NCBI GenBank assembly: GCA_043739185.1
Contig: JAYUEN010000506.1
Span: forward strand, 1-64,000
Origin: Bdellovibrionales bacterium
Lineage (GTDB): Bacteria; Bdellovibrionota; Bdellovibrionia; Bdellovibrionales; JAMPXM01
Length of the DNA stretch: 64,000 bases
Reading direction: 5' to 3'
Of the stretch, positions 38,444 through 48,829 are shown one piece after another. The position numbers and the translations under genes are program-made. Position 1 is the first letter of the stretch; each line of letters begins with the position of its first letter. Below the pieces are notes generated by a model, which saw only the letters and a list, made by a program, of their open reading frames with translations, was not told the DNA's origin and did not search any database.

Positions 38444-39310
38444 TTGATTTGCCCGAACTGTGGAGAAGAAGCTGAGTCGCTAAGTCCGGTTGATGCCGGT
38501 CTAAAGCTTCGCTTGCAATCCAACGGCGAATTGCAAAATATTCCTCTAGAAATTTGCAGCAAATGTATCAAAAAGCTTTCAAAATCTCTTTCGCAAGGCG
38601 CGCTTTTAAGAAAAAATGCACAAGCAAAAGAGCAAAACAGATTGATGCTATGGCGCTCAAGAGTAAATTTGGTAAAGCAAGCCAAAACCTATATGAAAAA
38701 GAAAAGTTTTTCTGATGCCGCGGTTACTTATGAAAAATATCTACGTGTCTTAGAGATTGTCTATGACAAAAAAGCCGGTGAACTGACTCCTGATCTTTTC
38801 AATAACGAAGCTCGTAGATCTGAAATGACGGTTATCGCTTCCGTTTATTGGGACCTGATGCGCATTTACGATACCAGCCCAAAGCATATCGAACGTCTTG
38901 ATAAGTCGGGCGAGAAACTGGCTGCCTTTGCTCGTTTCACTCCCATCTACACGAGCATATTGAGACGTGCCGAAGCCGAAGTTCGCAATGCTCAAAATCC
39001 AAAATCTTTCAAAAAATTTCTGTCGAGAGCGCAAACGCTCAGAAGTCGATGTTTCATTGCCACCTCTGCCTTTAATTACGAAAGTCCGACTGTACTTATA
39101 CTATGCCGCTTTCGGGATGAGTTTCTTTTAAATTTTTCGCTCGGGCGAATTTTAATTAATTTATATTATTTTTTTGCGCCTGCTTGCGCGCGCGGCCTTG
39201 ATCGGTTGTCACTTTTTAAACCCTTGATTCGAGTCATACTTTCCGGACTCGGTCACTTAATTAGCTTATTTTTAACGCCCGAGAGCCAATCAGATAAGCA
39301 TCTTCTATAA
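38444..39310 (+). CDS. CFI-box-CTERM domain protein with N-terminal zinc finger and TPR-like core
   Basis: CPNC..CSKC; C-terminal CFIATSAF...LCRFRD..L....GR....YY..AP; AGGAG RBS, TTG start. Confidence 0.85.
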   Translation: MICPNCGEEAESLSPVDAGLKLRLQSNGELQNIPLEICSKCIKKLSKSLSQGALLRKNAQAKEQNRLMLWRSRVNLVKQAKTYMKKKSFSDAAVTYEKYLRVLEIVYDKKAGELTPDLFNNEARRSEMTVIASVYWDLMRIYDTSPKHIERLDKSGEKLAAFARFTPIYTSILRRAEAEVRNAQNPKSFKKFLSRAQTLRSRCFIATSAFNYESPTVLILCRFRDEFLLNFSLGRILINLYYFFAPACARGLDRLSLFKPLIRVILSGLGHLISLFLTPESQSDKHLL

Positions 39311-39356
39311 AATTATTATCTTGAATCCTGACAAAATTTTAGGGATCGTAAAGCCT

Positions 39357-40502
39357 ATGGCACAAAAACTTTCGACAAACGAATTTGATCTTATCATTGT
39401 TGGTGGCGGACTCTCGGGACTTCTCTTTGCCTCTCGCCTTATCAATTCTCAAAAAAAAATTGCTCTTGTGGATGCGGGTGAAGACTTAGGTGGGAACTCA
39501 AAGGCCTTTACCACCACGTATGGCCAAATGGATTACGAACTCAAATTTTTGCCAAATACCCCTACTTCTGATGCGAGCATTGCTTGGCTTGAAGACTGTT
39601 TAGATCAAAAAATAGGTGCCCAATTGATTGAACGAACTCCGCAGAGTTATGACGCGGGAAAATTAAAAAGTTTCATCGGCTTTGGCGACAATGCTGCAAA
39701 ATCTTGCCACGAAATTAATTACTACGCGGCCGCAAATTTCTATGAATTTGATAAAACGCCTAAGGATTGGGTTCAAATACTCAAAGCTCGAATTGCCGAG
39801 CAAAAAAATATTCATATTTTCAACAAAAGTGAAGTCACGGCCTTGTTAAACCAGGGACATAAACTCAGCGGTGTCGTATTAAATGCTCATCAAAACCTGA
39901 GTGCTCACGAGTTCATTTGGACAGCCCCTATTCATAGCCTTGCCAATTTAACGAATGAAGAAAATTTGCCACTTCGGCAAAAACAAAAATTAGCAAAAAC
40001 AAGTTTTTTTGCTTCAGTTCATCTTGATTTAATTTTTTCAAAAAAAGTCAGCGCGCAAAATGAGATGCTCATTCTACAGGGGGCAAATGAAGAACCTTTA
40101 GTCGGTCGCTTTTCAGATTTAGCTGGCGGTCAGCAATTGTCACAATGGGTTTGTTTAATTCCTAATCAAGAATCTGACAGTGAGGAATTGGTGGCTTCAA
40201 TATTAAAATATATGAAGCGCCAAATCACTCGTGTTTATGATAATGGCATTATGGCTTTCAAAATCTATGAACGCATCACACTCAATAATTATACTCACGG
40301 AAAACTCAGCTTTGATCGCGAAGATTCCCAGTTTGGAAAGTTTGAAAACCTTTGGGTAAGCCAGGCATCTCTTAGCCAAATTGGCAATTTACTTGGTTGC
40401 CTAGAACAATCTGAATTGGCTTGGAGAAATTATAAGAAAACCCAAATCGCTTCTTCTGAACTTCAGGTTGCGCGCACGTTCCACTCAGAATTCACAATCT
40501 GA
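39357..40502 (+). CDS. FAD-dependent oxidoreductase-like protein
   Basis: FDLIIVGGGLSG...LVD...LGG Rossmann motif. Confidence 0.75.
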   Translation: MAQKLSTNEFDLIIVGGGLSGLLFASRLINSQKKIALVDAGEDLGGNSKAFTTTYGQMDYELKFLPNTPTSDASIAWLEDCLDQKIGAQLIERTPQSYDAGKLKSFIGFGDNAAKSCHEINYYAAANFYEFDKTPKDWVQILKARIAEQKNIHIFNKSEVTALLNQGHKLSGVVLNAHQNLSAHEFIWTAPIHSLANLTNEENLPLRQKQKLAKTSFFASVHLDLIFSKKVSAQNEMLILQGANEEPLVGRFSDLAGGQQLSQWVCLIPNQESDSEELVASILKYMKRQITRVYDNGIMAFKIYERITLNNYTHGKLSFDREDSQFGKFENLWVSQASLSQIGNLLGCLEQSELAWRNYKKTQIASSELQVARTFHSEFTI

Positions 40503-40664
40503 ATAGTAACTCCTCGCCGTTTTTTTCGGCTCTCAATTTAAGACAAAATTAAATCATTCAAATTTTGTCTATTTTTTTACTTAGGAAACACTTAGTTTCT
40601 AAAAACTTTTTCTAATCGCTAAGTTCACCTAATCTAAATGTAACAATTCAGAATGGGAGTCTTT

Positions 40665-41702
40665 ATGAACTTCGGGCAGAACTTTAAATATCTTTTATGG
40701 ACCTTTTTTTCTTGCGTGCTCACTTCAAGTTTTTTTCAAAACTGCAGTATGGATAAATTCGACGTACGCCCCAATGAATCTGTGCAGTCAAATTTCCTCC
40801 CAACTGCGCCATCTGCTTCAGCCAACCTCCCCGTACAACCGCAGCCTATCAATACTACAAACGGCAGCAATAGTACTTGCGTGAAGCCGGCACGTTTCAC
40901 GGATCCAAGCTTCGATCCCTGTGAAGACTTTGGACCCTTCGCAACGGACTTGCAAAACTATTGCAACTGTAAAAATCCTCCTACCGGAGCCAATTCGGGC
41001 ACGGGGAGTTCAGGTAAATCTTGCCTGTTCAACGGCTTATCTGTTCCTAGTGGCACGAGCTTTTTGGCCTATCAATCAGCGAATGTGGCATACGGATTGT
41101 CTTGTATTTCTCAACAAAGAACCTGCAGCAACGGAAGCCTCAATGGCAGCTTCAACTTTGTTTCTTGTAGAGTTGACCCACCGGCCGCGCCTATAGACCA
41201 AGCCACTTGTGCAATCGGAGCGGCGCCAGAAGTAGAATTTAATCTAACTGACGGTTATCTAGCATTCTCAACCGGTTCGGCGTCTACTAGCGCCATCAAT
41301 AATGGTTATCGCAATGAAATCTATCCTGACTTTGGCAACAATAATGTTCTGGTTTTTAAAATGAATGTCCCCTCTCTGTTTTCGACTGTGGGCAAAAATT
41401 ATCTTCCAGGTCTTGTGGCTTCGAATTCGCCAGTCACTCAAATTTCAACAAGAACCGTTAGCGTATCTGAATGTCCAAATGACTTTTCTTCAAGCTCTGT
41501 TTTAGTATCTCAAGGCAACAGTGATTTTGTGGTTAGTTTCACGACCGAAATCAATCGAGCCGGAAACGGTGTTGCGCTGGTTAAGCCCAACAAAGTGTAT
41601 TTTTTAAACATTAAAAATACAAACTGCCCGGTACTAAATCCTCGAAACCCTAATGCAGGAATTTGTCACTTAGATGGCCAATATAGAAATTGGAATCAAT
41701 AG
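40665..41702 (+). CDS. FQNC-type surface lipoprotein, tandem paralog 1
   Basis: GGGAG RBS, FFQNCS, SCLFNG...RTCSNG.L.GS Cys module, C-terminal domain shared with the next gene. Confidence 0.85.
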   Translation: MNFGQNFKYLLWTFFSCVLTSSFFQNCSMDKFDVRPNESVQSNFLPTAPSASANLPVQPQPINTTNGSNSTCVKPARFTDPSFDPCEDFGPFATDLQNYCNCKNPPTGANSGTGSSGKSCLFNGLSVPSGTSFLAYQSANVAYGLSCISQQRTCSNGSLNGSFNFVSCRVDPPAAPIDQATCAIGAAPEVEFNLTDGYLAFSTGSASTSAINNGYRNEIYPDFGNNNVLVFKMNVPSLFSTVGKNYLPGLVASNSPVTQISTRTVSVSECPNDFSSSSVLVSQGNSDFVVSFTTEINRAGNGVALVKPNKVYFLNIKNTNCPVLNPRNPNAGICHLDGQYRNWNQ

Positions 41703-41870
41703 GCGTGAGTAGCTAAATAAAAATTTTTAAATCTCATTTTGAAACAAATTTTCATCAACATATAACTCGCAATTAAAAGGAAACACTTTTCTCGGAGTCC
41801 TCGCCAAATAATTTAAGCTGCAACTCAAGTTTCTAGACCTTTGTGCCGAAATGAGAAGTAGGGAGAAATA

Positions 41871-42893
41871 ATGCGCGTAACCCACCGAAAGATCGTAGCA
41901 TTTATTGGATTTGGCTTATTTGCTGTCGCTTTATTATGGCAAAACTGTGGCGATATCAATCTGTCAAAAGGCAATGTAGATGCTTCTGCTTCTTTGGTCT
42001 GCCCCGATTTTGCAAATTCAAAACCTGAAAATATTTACGAAGATGCTTCACTCGATCCATTAAAAGTATTGTTTAAAGTAAATGAATTAGATTTGAGTAA
42101 TCAATTGATTTCCTCACAGAGAACTTTTCAGTGGTACATCAATGACTCTTTGATTTCATCTGGTCCGAGTCTTGAAAAAAATCTTTCCGACTTTTCTTTC
42201 TGTCAAAGTCAGAATATCCAGGCCAAATTAGTCGCATGTGGCAATACTTACGTTTGGAAAAAATCATACTTGAAATCGAATTCTACTTGTATGCCGACGC
42301 CGACGCCGACGCCTACACCAAGTCCCACACCAACCCCGACGCCCCCGCCCGGCGCCACCGTCTCTTGTCCTGCAAGTGCTAGCCCCAATATTATTTTCAA
42401 TACCGGCACAACAAATTATTTTGCATTCTCGACAGGTATTTCAAGTACGAGATCAATAACAGGCGATGATCCTGTTATTGTCTCCCCTGATAGCGGTTAT
42501 AAAAATCGCATTTATGACGATTATGGACGAGGCAATGTTGTTATTTTCAAGATCATCGTCGACTCCAATTTCTCAACCGTCGGCAAAGTTTATTTACCTG
42601 GCATTGTGGGAGCCAATTCTCCGGTAAGCCAGATCTCAGTTAGAGCTATTACAATTTCTGAGTGTCCTAATGATTTTTCCTCGAGAGCTGTGCTTATCTC
42701 GGATTCCTCTAGTGATTTTGTAATCAGCTTTACAACTGAATCGAGTCGCGCCGGCATCGGCAAAGTCTTAGTACAACCAAACAAGGTTTATTATTTAAAC
42801 ATCAAAAATGTAACTTGCCCACTGGCAAATCCGCAAAATCCGTACTCTGGAATATGCGATTTGGACGGCCAGTATCGAAACTGGAATCAATAG
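41871..42893 (+). CDS. WQNC-type surface lipoprotein, tandem paralog 2
   Basis: GGGAG RBS, LWQNCG, Ig-like domain, PT linker, shared C-terminal domain ending LDGQYRNWNQ. Confidence 0.85.
   Translation: MRVTHRKIVAFIGFGLFAVALLWQNCGDINLSKGNVDASASLVCPDFANSKPENIYEDASLDPLKVLFKVNELDLSNQLISSQRTFQWYINDSLISSGPSLEKNLSDFSFCQSQNIQAKLVACGNTYVWKKSYLKSNSTCMPTPTPTPTPSPTPTPTPPPGATVSCPASASPNIIFNTGTTNYFAFSTGISSTRSITGDDPVIVSPDSGYKNRIYDDYGRGNVVIFKIIVDSNFSTVGKVYLPGIVGANSPVSQISVRAITISECPNDFSSRAVLISDSSSDFVISFTTESSRAGIGKVLVQPNKVYYLNIKNVTCPLANPQNPYSGICDLDGQYRNWNQ
42294..42350 (+). repeat. Coding Pro-Thr repeat linker
   Basis: CCGACG hexamers in CDS 41871..42893. Confidence 0.9.
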
Positions 42894-42909
42894 CGAAACC
42901 TGTCGTACG

Positions 42910-45135
42910 CTAAAGATTTCGCTCAAAAAAATCAACCACTGTTTTGAAAACATGGGTTTGATTTTCTTTACCACTTATTCCGTGCTTAGCTCCAGGATAA
43001 GTTACGGACTCATAAAGCTTGCCAGCCATTTGCAGCTGCTTAAAAAGTAAAGTCGTGTTCGTAAAAAGTACGTTATCATCGGCCATTCCATGCATAACCA
43101 ATAACTTGGCTTTTAGAGCTGAAACTTTTTCTAAATTATTCGCCCGCTTATAAGCCTCGACTTCTTCTTTGGGCTTCCCCATATAGCGTTCAGTATAATG
43201 AGTATCGTAAAGTGCAAAATCTAATACTGGCGCAACCGCAACATTGGCTTTATATAGATCTGGCTTTTTCAAGGCGAGGCTGACTGAAAGATAGCCTCCG
43301 TAACTCCAGCCAAAAAAACCGACGCGCTTTAAGTCGATAAAGCCAAGCGAGGCCAAATGCTCGACTCCCGCGGCTTGATCTTCAACTTCAACGCTGCCAA
43401 ATGCCCGATCCAAATAATTTTCAAACTTTTTACCGCGCCTTGCAGATCCCCTATTGTCAAACGAAGCAACTATAAATCCCTTCGTCGTCAGAACTTCTGA
43501 CACCATTTCCATTTTGCCGCCCCAAAATTTGCCAACGACTTGCACATGAGGCCCTCCATAGCCAATCACCACCAAGGGATATTTCTTTTTAGCGTCAAAA
43601 TTCTTTGGCTTATATATTCTGAAATAAATGTCGTCTCCCGAAGGACCTTTAAAATTGCCGTACTCGGGACCTACCAATGAATCGTTGAATTCAAAAAGTG
43701 GATGCCCTTGCTTCACTTCATTTTTTGAAAGTACCGCAACCAGCTCGCCGCTGGCTTTGTTCAATGAGACTTGTGGCGGGATCAAAGGCGCTGAATACGT
43801 GTGAACAAAAAAGCTCGCAGACTTATTCATTGCAGCCTCGTGAAAGCCTGCTTCATGGGTCAGACTTTCAGGCTCCCCTGGGCTTTCGAGCGAAACGCGG
43901 TAAAGATGTTTTTCTAAATTATTCTTTTTATTAGAGGTGAAATACACCCAACCCTGATCCTCATCAACTCCAACCAAGGAGTCGACTAAGTATTCGCCTT
44001 GGGTGAGTGGGCGAATAAGTTCGCCGGTCTTTTTATATAAGTAAAGATGACGAAATCCTGAACGCTCTGAACTCCAAATGAGTCGAGGAGTTTTTTTAAG
44101 CCAGCGCCAATTCGCACTCAGATTGATCCAATGAGGATCCTTTTCCGAAAAAAGTTTCACTGTGGTTTTATTCAAAGGATTGTATAAAAAGCATTCTAAA
44201 GTCTTTTGGTCACGACTTTCAATTTGATAAAATAGCTCGCCGGTATGAGTCCACGCAACATCAGCTAAATAAATATCGGTGTTTTTGCCAAGCGGAACCC
44301 ATTGAATAGTGGGCGCGCCTTTTTTGACGCTTTCTACTTTGACAACAGCCAATTGAACAATGGCATTGGCAGAGCCTGCCTCGGGGTAACGCTGCTTTCG
44401 AACCACAACCGAATCCGCCTGAATATCATAGCGATCAACGATCTTGACCGGTGATTCATCTACTCGGGTATACGCTATATACTTTTCGTCTTGTGACCAC
44501 CAGTATCCCGTAAAGCGATCCATTTCTTCTTGTGCAATGAATTCGGCAACGCCGTTTGAAATGCTTTTTTTGCCGTCAGAGGTAATGCGAAATTCTTTTT
44601 TACTCGCTTCTTCAAGTAAAAATAAATCTTGGCCCCGAACAAATGAAATATAGTGGTCTTCGGGTGAAAACTTCACATCGGTTTCAGAAGCGTGTTTTTG
44701 CGTGAGCGGCAAAAGTTTGCCACCAAATTTATAGAGAAAAAGATCGCCACCTGCCGGAAAAACAATCTGATCACCCTTATTCGACCAAAAATATTCGACA
44801 ATACCCTTGCTCGAAATTCTCATGCGTTCTCGTCGAGCCTTTTCAGCTTCTGAGAGTTCGCCAAACTTCAAAGAATTGGAGTCAACCAAGAGACGTGGCT
44901 CACCAGTCTTGAGATCAAATTCCCACAGATCTAAGACTTCATAATTGTCAGTCTTGGGACGTAAAAAAGACAGCCTGTCCCCGCTAGGCGAAAAGCGCAG
45001 GCCCGTTGGGGCCGATCCATTTAAATCTGGACTCGAAAAGACCCGCTCAATACTAAGGGTATTTGAAAAACCAGATTGATAAGATAAAAGAATAAACCAC
45101 AAACTTAGCGTCGTTATTGTTTTCATAACTGACAA
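42910..45135 (-). CDS. S9B dipeptidyl peptidase IV family serine peptidase
   Basis: EEMDR.TGYWWS, GWSYGG, DDNV, terminal His; start may be ATG 45126. Confidence 0.95.
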   Translation of the reverse strand: MSVMKTITTLSLWFILLSYQSGFSNTLSIERVFSSPDLNGSAPTGLRFSPSGDRLSFLRPKTDNYEVLDLWEFDLKTGEPRLLVDSNSLKFGELSEAEKARRERMRISSKGIVEYFWSNKGDQIVFPAGGDLFLYKFGGKLLPLTQKHASETDVKFSPEDHYISFVRGQDLFLLEEASKKEFRITSDGKKSISNGVAEFIAQEEMDRFTGYWWSQDEKYIAYTRVDESPVKIVDRYDIQADSVVVRKQRYPEAGSANAIVQLAVVKVESVKKGAPTIQWVPLGKNTDIYLADVAWTHTGELFYQIESRDQKTLECFLYNPLNKTTVKLFSEKDPHWINLSANWRWLKKTPRLIWSSERSGFRHLYLYKKTGELIRPLTQGEYLVDSLVGVDEDQGWVYFTSNKKNNLEKHLYRVSLESPGEPESLTHEAGFHEAAMNKSASFFVHTYSAPLIPPQVSLNKASGELVAVLSKNEVKQGHPLFEFNDSLVGPEYGNFKGPSGDDIYFRIYKPKNFDAKKKYPLVVIGYGGPHVQVVGKFWGGKMEMVSEVLTTKGFIVASFDNRGSARRGKKFENYLDRAFGSVEVEDQAAGVEHLASLGFIDLKRVGFFGWSYGGYLSVSLALKKPDLYKANVAVAPVLDFALYDTHYTERYMGKPKEEVEAYKRANNLEKVSALKAKLLVMHGMADDNVLFTNTTLLFKQLQMAGKLYESVTYPGAKHGISGKENQTHVFKTVVDFFERNL

Positions 45136-45192
45136 CTAACATAGGGTGGGAAACTAGAACAATAACAAATGAAACTCAGACTCTGGCTTGGT

Positions 45193-45549
45193 TTAGTAGC
45201 CCAGGGCCGTTAAATTATCGATTACCGATTGGATTTTTGCAGATGTAATTGTCATCGGAGTATCCGTCAATGAACTCGTCGATACAGCCCGGGCCTCACA
45301 ATTGATGCCGGGATACTTTGACTGAAAAGACTGCGCCATTGATTTGCAGTCTTTGGCACTTGCATCTGAACTCATGTATTTGCATTTGATTACGACACTA
45401 TTATAGTCGTCGACAACCTGAGATCCGCACGGGCCACTCAGAAAATTGCTGACTGGGTCAAGATTCGCACTATCAGAGCCACTTTTTCCGCAAGCAGAAA
45501 GATTGAAGGCGAGCGCTAAAAAAAGGATGCTGAGAACAGACGATTTCAT
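45193..45549 (-). CDS. Small lipoprotein
   Basis: LSAC lipobox, GGAG RBS, 4 further Cys. Confidence 0.85.
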   Translation of the reverse strand: MKSSVLSILFLALAFNLSACGKSGSDSANLDPVSNFLSGPCGSQVVDDYNSVVIKCKYMSSDASAKDCKSMAQSFQSKYPGINCEARAVSTSSLTDTPMTITSAKIQSVIDNLTALGY

Positions 45550-45681
45550 TGGGATCTCCCGGTAAAAATTATTTCGCTATTTTAAAGAATGCTCATACCA
45601 CACTATTGGTGCGCTGCGCCATTTTACTTTTAACTATGAACTTATTTCATACTTAGAAAACTTCAGATTTTGAGGATTCTA

Positions 45682-45710
45682 TTGCCCGTCCGAACGCCGC
45701 GTGCTACACC
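45682..45710 (+). promoter_or_regulatory. Probable sigma70 promoter of the rpsB operon
   Basis: TTGCCC-17 nt-TACACC with extended TG and a GC-rich discriminator. Confidence 0.55.
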
Positions 45711-45743
45711 AAGCGCCTGGGCAAATTTTATTTGTTCAAATTC

Positions 45744-45882
45744 GCACACTTCCCGCGTTTTGGTCCCCTTTTAAAATGGGGTATTGGGGTCTTAAAAACT
45801 CTTTTTAAGAACTCACGGTAGAGGTGGAGGCAAACCATAACCGCCATGATTTTATTGTCTTGGCAAAGAAAGAGAGACGCCT
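45744..45882 (+). promoter_or_regulatory. rpsB (S2) autoregulatory leader RNA
   Basis: GCACAC...GTGGAGGCAAACC pattern as in proteobacterial rpsB leaders, with internal hairpins. Confidence 0.65.
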
Positions 45883-46824
45883 ATGGCTCAAGTTACGATG
45901 AAAGAAATGCTCGACGCCGGAGTCCACTTCGGACACCAAACTCAAAGATGGAATCCAAAAATGAAGCCTTATGTGTATACCGCGCGCGGCGGAATTCACA
46001 TTATCGATCTTCAAAAATCAGTTGCCAATGCAAAGAAAGCTGCTGATTTCGTAAAATCAGTAGCTGCCAATGGCGGCCGCATGATTTTCGTTGGAACTAA
46101 AAAGCAAGCTGTCGAGCCCATTCAAGAAGCCGCTAAGAAATGTGGTCAATTTCATGTGACTAAGCGCTGGCTTGGCGGAATGCTCACAAACTTTACAACA
46201 ATTAAAGAATCAATTGATCGTCTTCGTAAAATTGATCAAATGCGCGAAAAAGGCGAGCTTGATTATTTTTCCAAAAAAGAACGCGCAGGCATTGAAAAAG
46301 ACTACTTACGTTTGACTGAATATCTTGATGGTATCCGTGATATGAAAGAGTCTCCATCGGTAATGTTCGTTGTTGATCTCAATAAAGAGCATATTGCGGT
46401 TCTAGAAGCCCGCCGATTGAACATTCCAATCGTTGCGATTGTTGACACCAATGTAGATCCTGAACTTATTGATTTCCCAATTCCAGGGAATGATGACGCC
46501 ATTCGCTCCATCAAATTATTCTCGCAACTTGTTGCTGATTCTTTTATCGAAGGCGCTGAAGAATATGAGCAGAAGCTTCGCAGTTCTTCTGATAAAGGTA
46601 GCGATCTTGAAAAGGAAGCGAAACCACAAGCAAAAGAAGTTCGCCCAAGACGCGCGGCTCCTGCTGCTGCGGCTACTGCAAAAGAAGAAGCTAAGAAACC
46701 ACAAGGTCCTACGGTTGTTAAAGCAAATAAGACCCGCAAACTTGTTGCTGCAGGCTTGGCAGATGTAGTTGAGATTGAAAAAGAACTTGAAGAAGAAGCG
46801 AACTCTCAACCTAAAGACGAATAG
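45883..46824 (+). CDS. rpsB: 30S ribosomal protein S2
   Basis: [31 protein letters not shown]. Confidence 0.99.
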   Translation: MAQVTMKEMLDAGVHFGHQTQRWNPKMKPYVYTARGGIHIIDLQKSVANAKKAADFVKSVAANGGRMIFVGTKKQAVEPIQEAAKKCGQFHVTKRWLGGMLTNFTTIKESIDRLRKIDQMREKGELDYFSKKERAGIEKDYLRLTEYLDGIRDMKESPSVMFVVDLNKEHIAVLEARRLNIPIVAIVDTNVDPELIDFPIPGNDDAIRSIKLFSQLVADSFIEGAEEYEQKLRSSSDKGSDLEKEAKPQAKEVRPRRAAPAAAATAKEEAKKPQGPTVVKANKTRKLVAAGLADVVEIEKELEEEANSQPKDE

Positions 46825-46880
46825 TTAAAATTTTTTGCTATATTTTTTTAATTTAATTTCTTAAAAAGTGAGATTTATAT

Positions 46881-47534
46881 ATGGCCGTATCTGCTACTAT
46901 GGTGAAGGATTTACGAGAAAAAACAAGTGCGGGAATGCTCGATTGCAAAAAAGCACTTGAAGAAACTCAAGGCGATTTTGAAAAGGCGATTGATTGGCTC
47001 AGACAAAAAGGTTTGAGCAATGCAGGCAAAAAAGCAGGCCGCATCGCTTCTGAAGGCATTGTTGAAGCCTATATTCATGGCGAAGGTCGAATTGGAGTTC
47101 TACTTGAAGTGAATTCCGAAACTGATTTCGTGGCTCGCAATCCTGGCTTTAGAGATTTTGTCAAAAATGTTGCTCTTCATATCGCGGCCACCAATCCGAT
47201 TGCTGTTTCTCCCGAAGAAGTTCCTTCAGAGGTTGTTGAACGTGAGCGCCAGGTATTAATGGCAAAGGCACGTGAGCAAGGTAAAAAAGAAGAAATGCTC
47301 GGTAAAATCGTAGATGGCCAAATCAAAAAGTTTTTCGCTGAAAGCTGCTTGCTCGAGCAGGCCTATGTTAAAAATCCTGATTTGACTATTGGCAATTATT
47401 TGAAAGAAACCATCGCTAAAATTGGCGAGAATATCGTTATTCGTCGCTTTGTGCGTTTCGAACTAGGTGAAGGCTTAGCTAAAAAGAGCGAGGATTTCGC
47501 AGCTGAAGTTGCCGCCCAAGTAAAAAAAGGTTGA
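46881..47534 (+). CDS. tsf: Elongation factor Ts (short form)
   Basis: VKDLREKT.AGM.DCKKAL, EVNSETDFV, IRRFVRF. Confidence 0.99.
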   Translation: MAVSATMVKDLREKTSAGMLDCKKALEETQGDFEKAIDWLRQKGLSNAGKKAGRIASEGIVEAYIHGEGRIGVLLEVNSETDFVARNPGFRDFVKNVALHIAATNPIAVSPEEVPSEVVERERQVLMAKAREQGKKEEMLGKIVDGQIKKFFAESCLLEQAYVKNPDLTIGNYLKETIAKIGENIVIRRFVRFELGEGLAKKSEDFAAEVAAQVKKG

Positions 47535-48254
<720 letters not shown>

Positions 48255-48271
48255 CAGCGAGGTATTGAATC

Positions 48272-48829
48272 ATGATTAATGAAATGAAAAATAGTGCAAA
48301 GGCTGGAATGGAAAAGGCGTTGGCATCACTGGCTGCAGAACTTAAAAAAGTTCGCACCGGTAGAGCGCAAGTTTCTATGCTTGATAATATTAAAGTGAAT
48401 TACTACGGAACGCTTACTCCTCTGAATCAAGTGAGTGCCGTCTCAACTCCAGACGCAAAAAGCTTTTTAATTGCGCCTTGGGAAGCTCCGATGCTTAAAG
48501 AAATTGAGGCATCAATTACTAAAAGTGACCTCGGCATGGCTCCGATTAATGACGGAAAAGTAATTCGCTTAAAACTCCCAGATTTGACTGAGCAGCGCCG
48601 AAAAGAGCTCGTAAAAAACACCAAAAAAGTTGTAGAAGATGCCAAAGTTGCTGTACGCATGGCTCGTCGAGATGCCAACGAATTTGCCAAAAAGGCGCTA
48701 AAAGATAAATCTATGAGTGAAGATGATAATAAACGCGCTCAAGATGATATTCAAAAAATGACTGACCAATATATTGAAAAAGTTGATAAGTTGGCAGCTG
48801 AAAAAGAAAAAGAAATCATGACTATATGA
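48272..48829 (+). CDS. frr: Ribosome recycling factor
   Basis: VRTGRA, VNYYG, P.NDG..IR, LTE.RRKEL. Confidence 0.99.
   Translation: MINEMKNSAKAGMEKALASLAAELKKVRTGRAQVSMLDNIKVNYYGTLTPLNQVSAVSTPDAKSFLIAPWEAPMLKEIEASITKSDLGMAPINDGKVIRLKLPDLTEQRRKELVKNTKKVVEDAKVAVRMARRDANEFAKKALKDKSMSEDDNKRAQDDIQKMTDQYIEKVDKLAAEKEKEIMTI

Noticed and set aside
41200..42893. Diversity-generating retroelement TR/VR pair in the paralogous C-termini
   Set aside because: Both copies are intact genes, differences are not adenine-specific, and no reverse transcriptase is present
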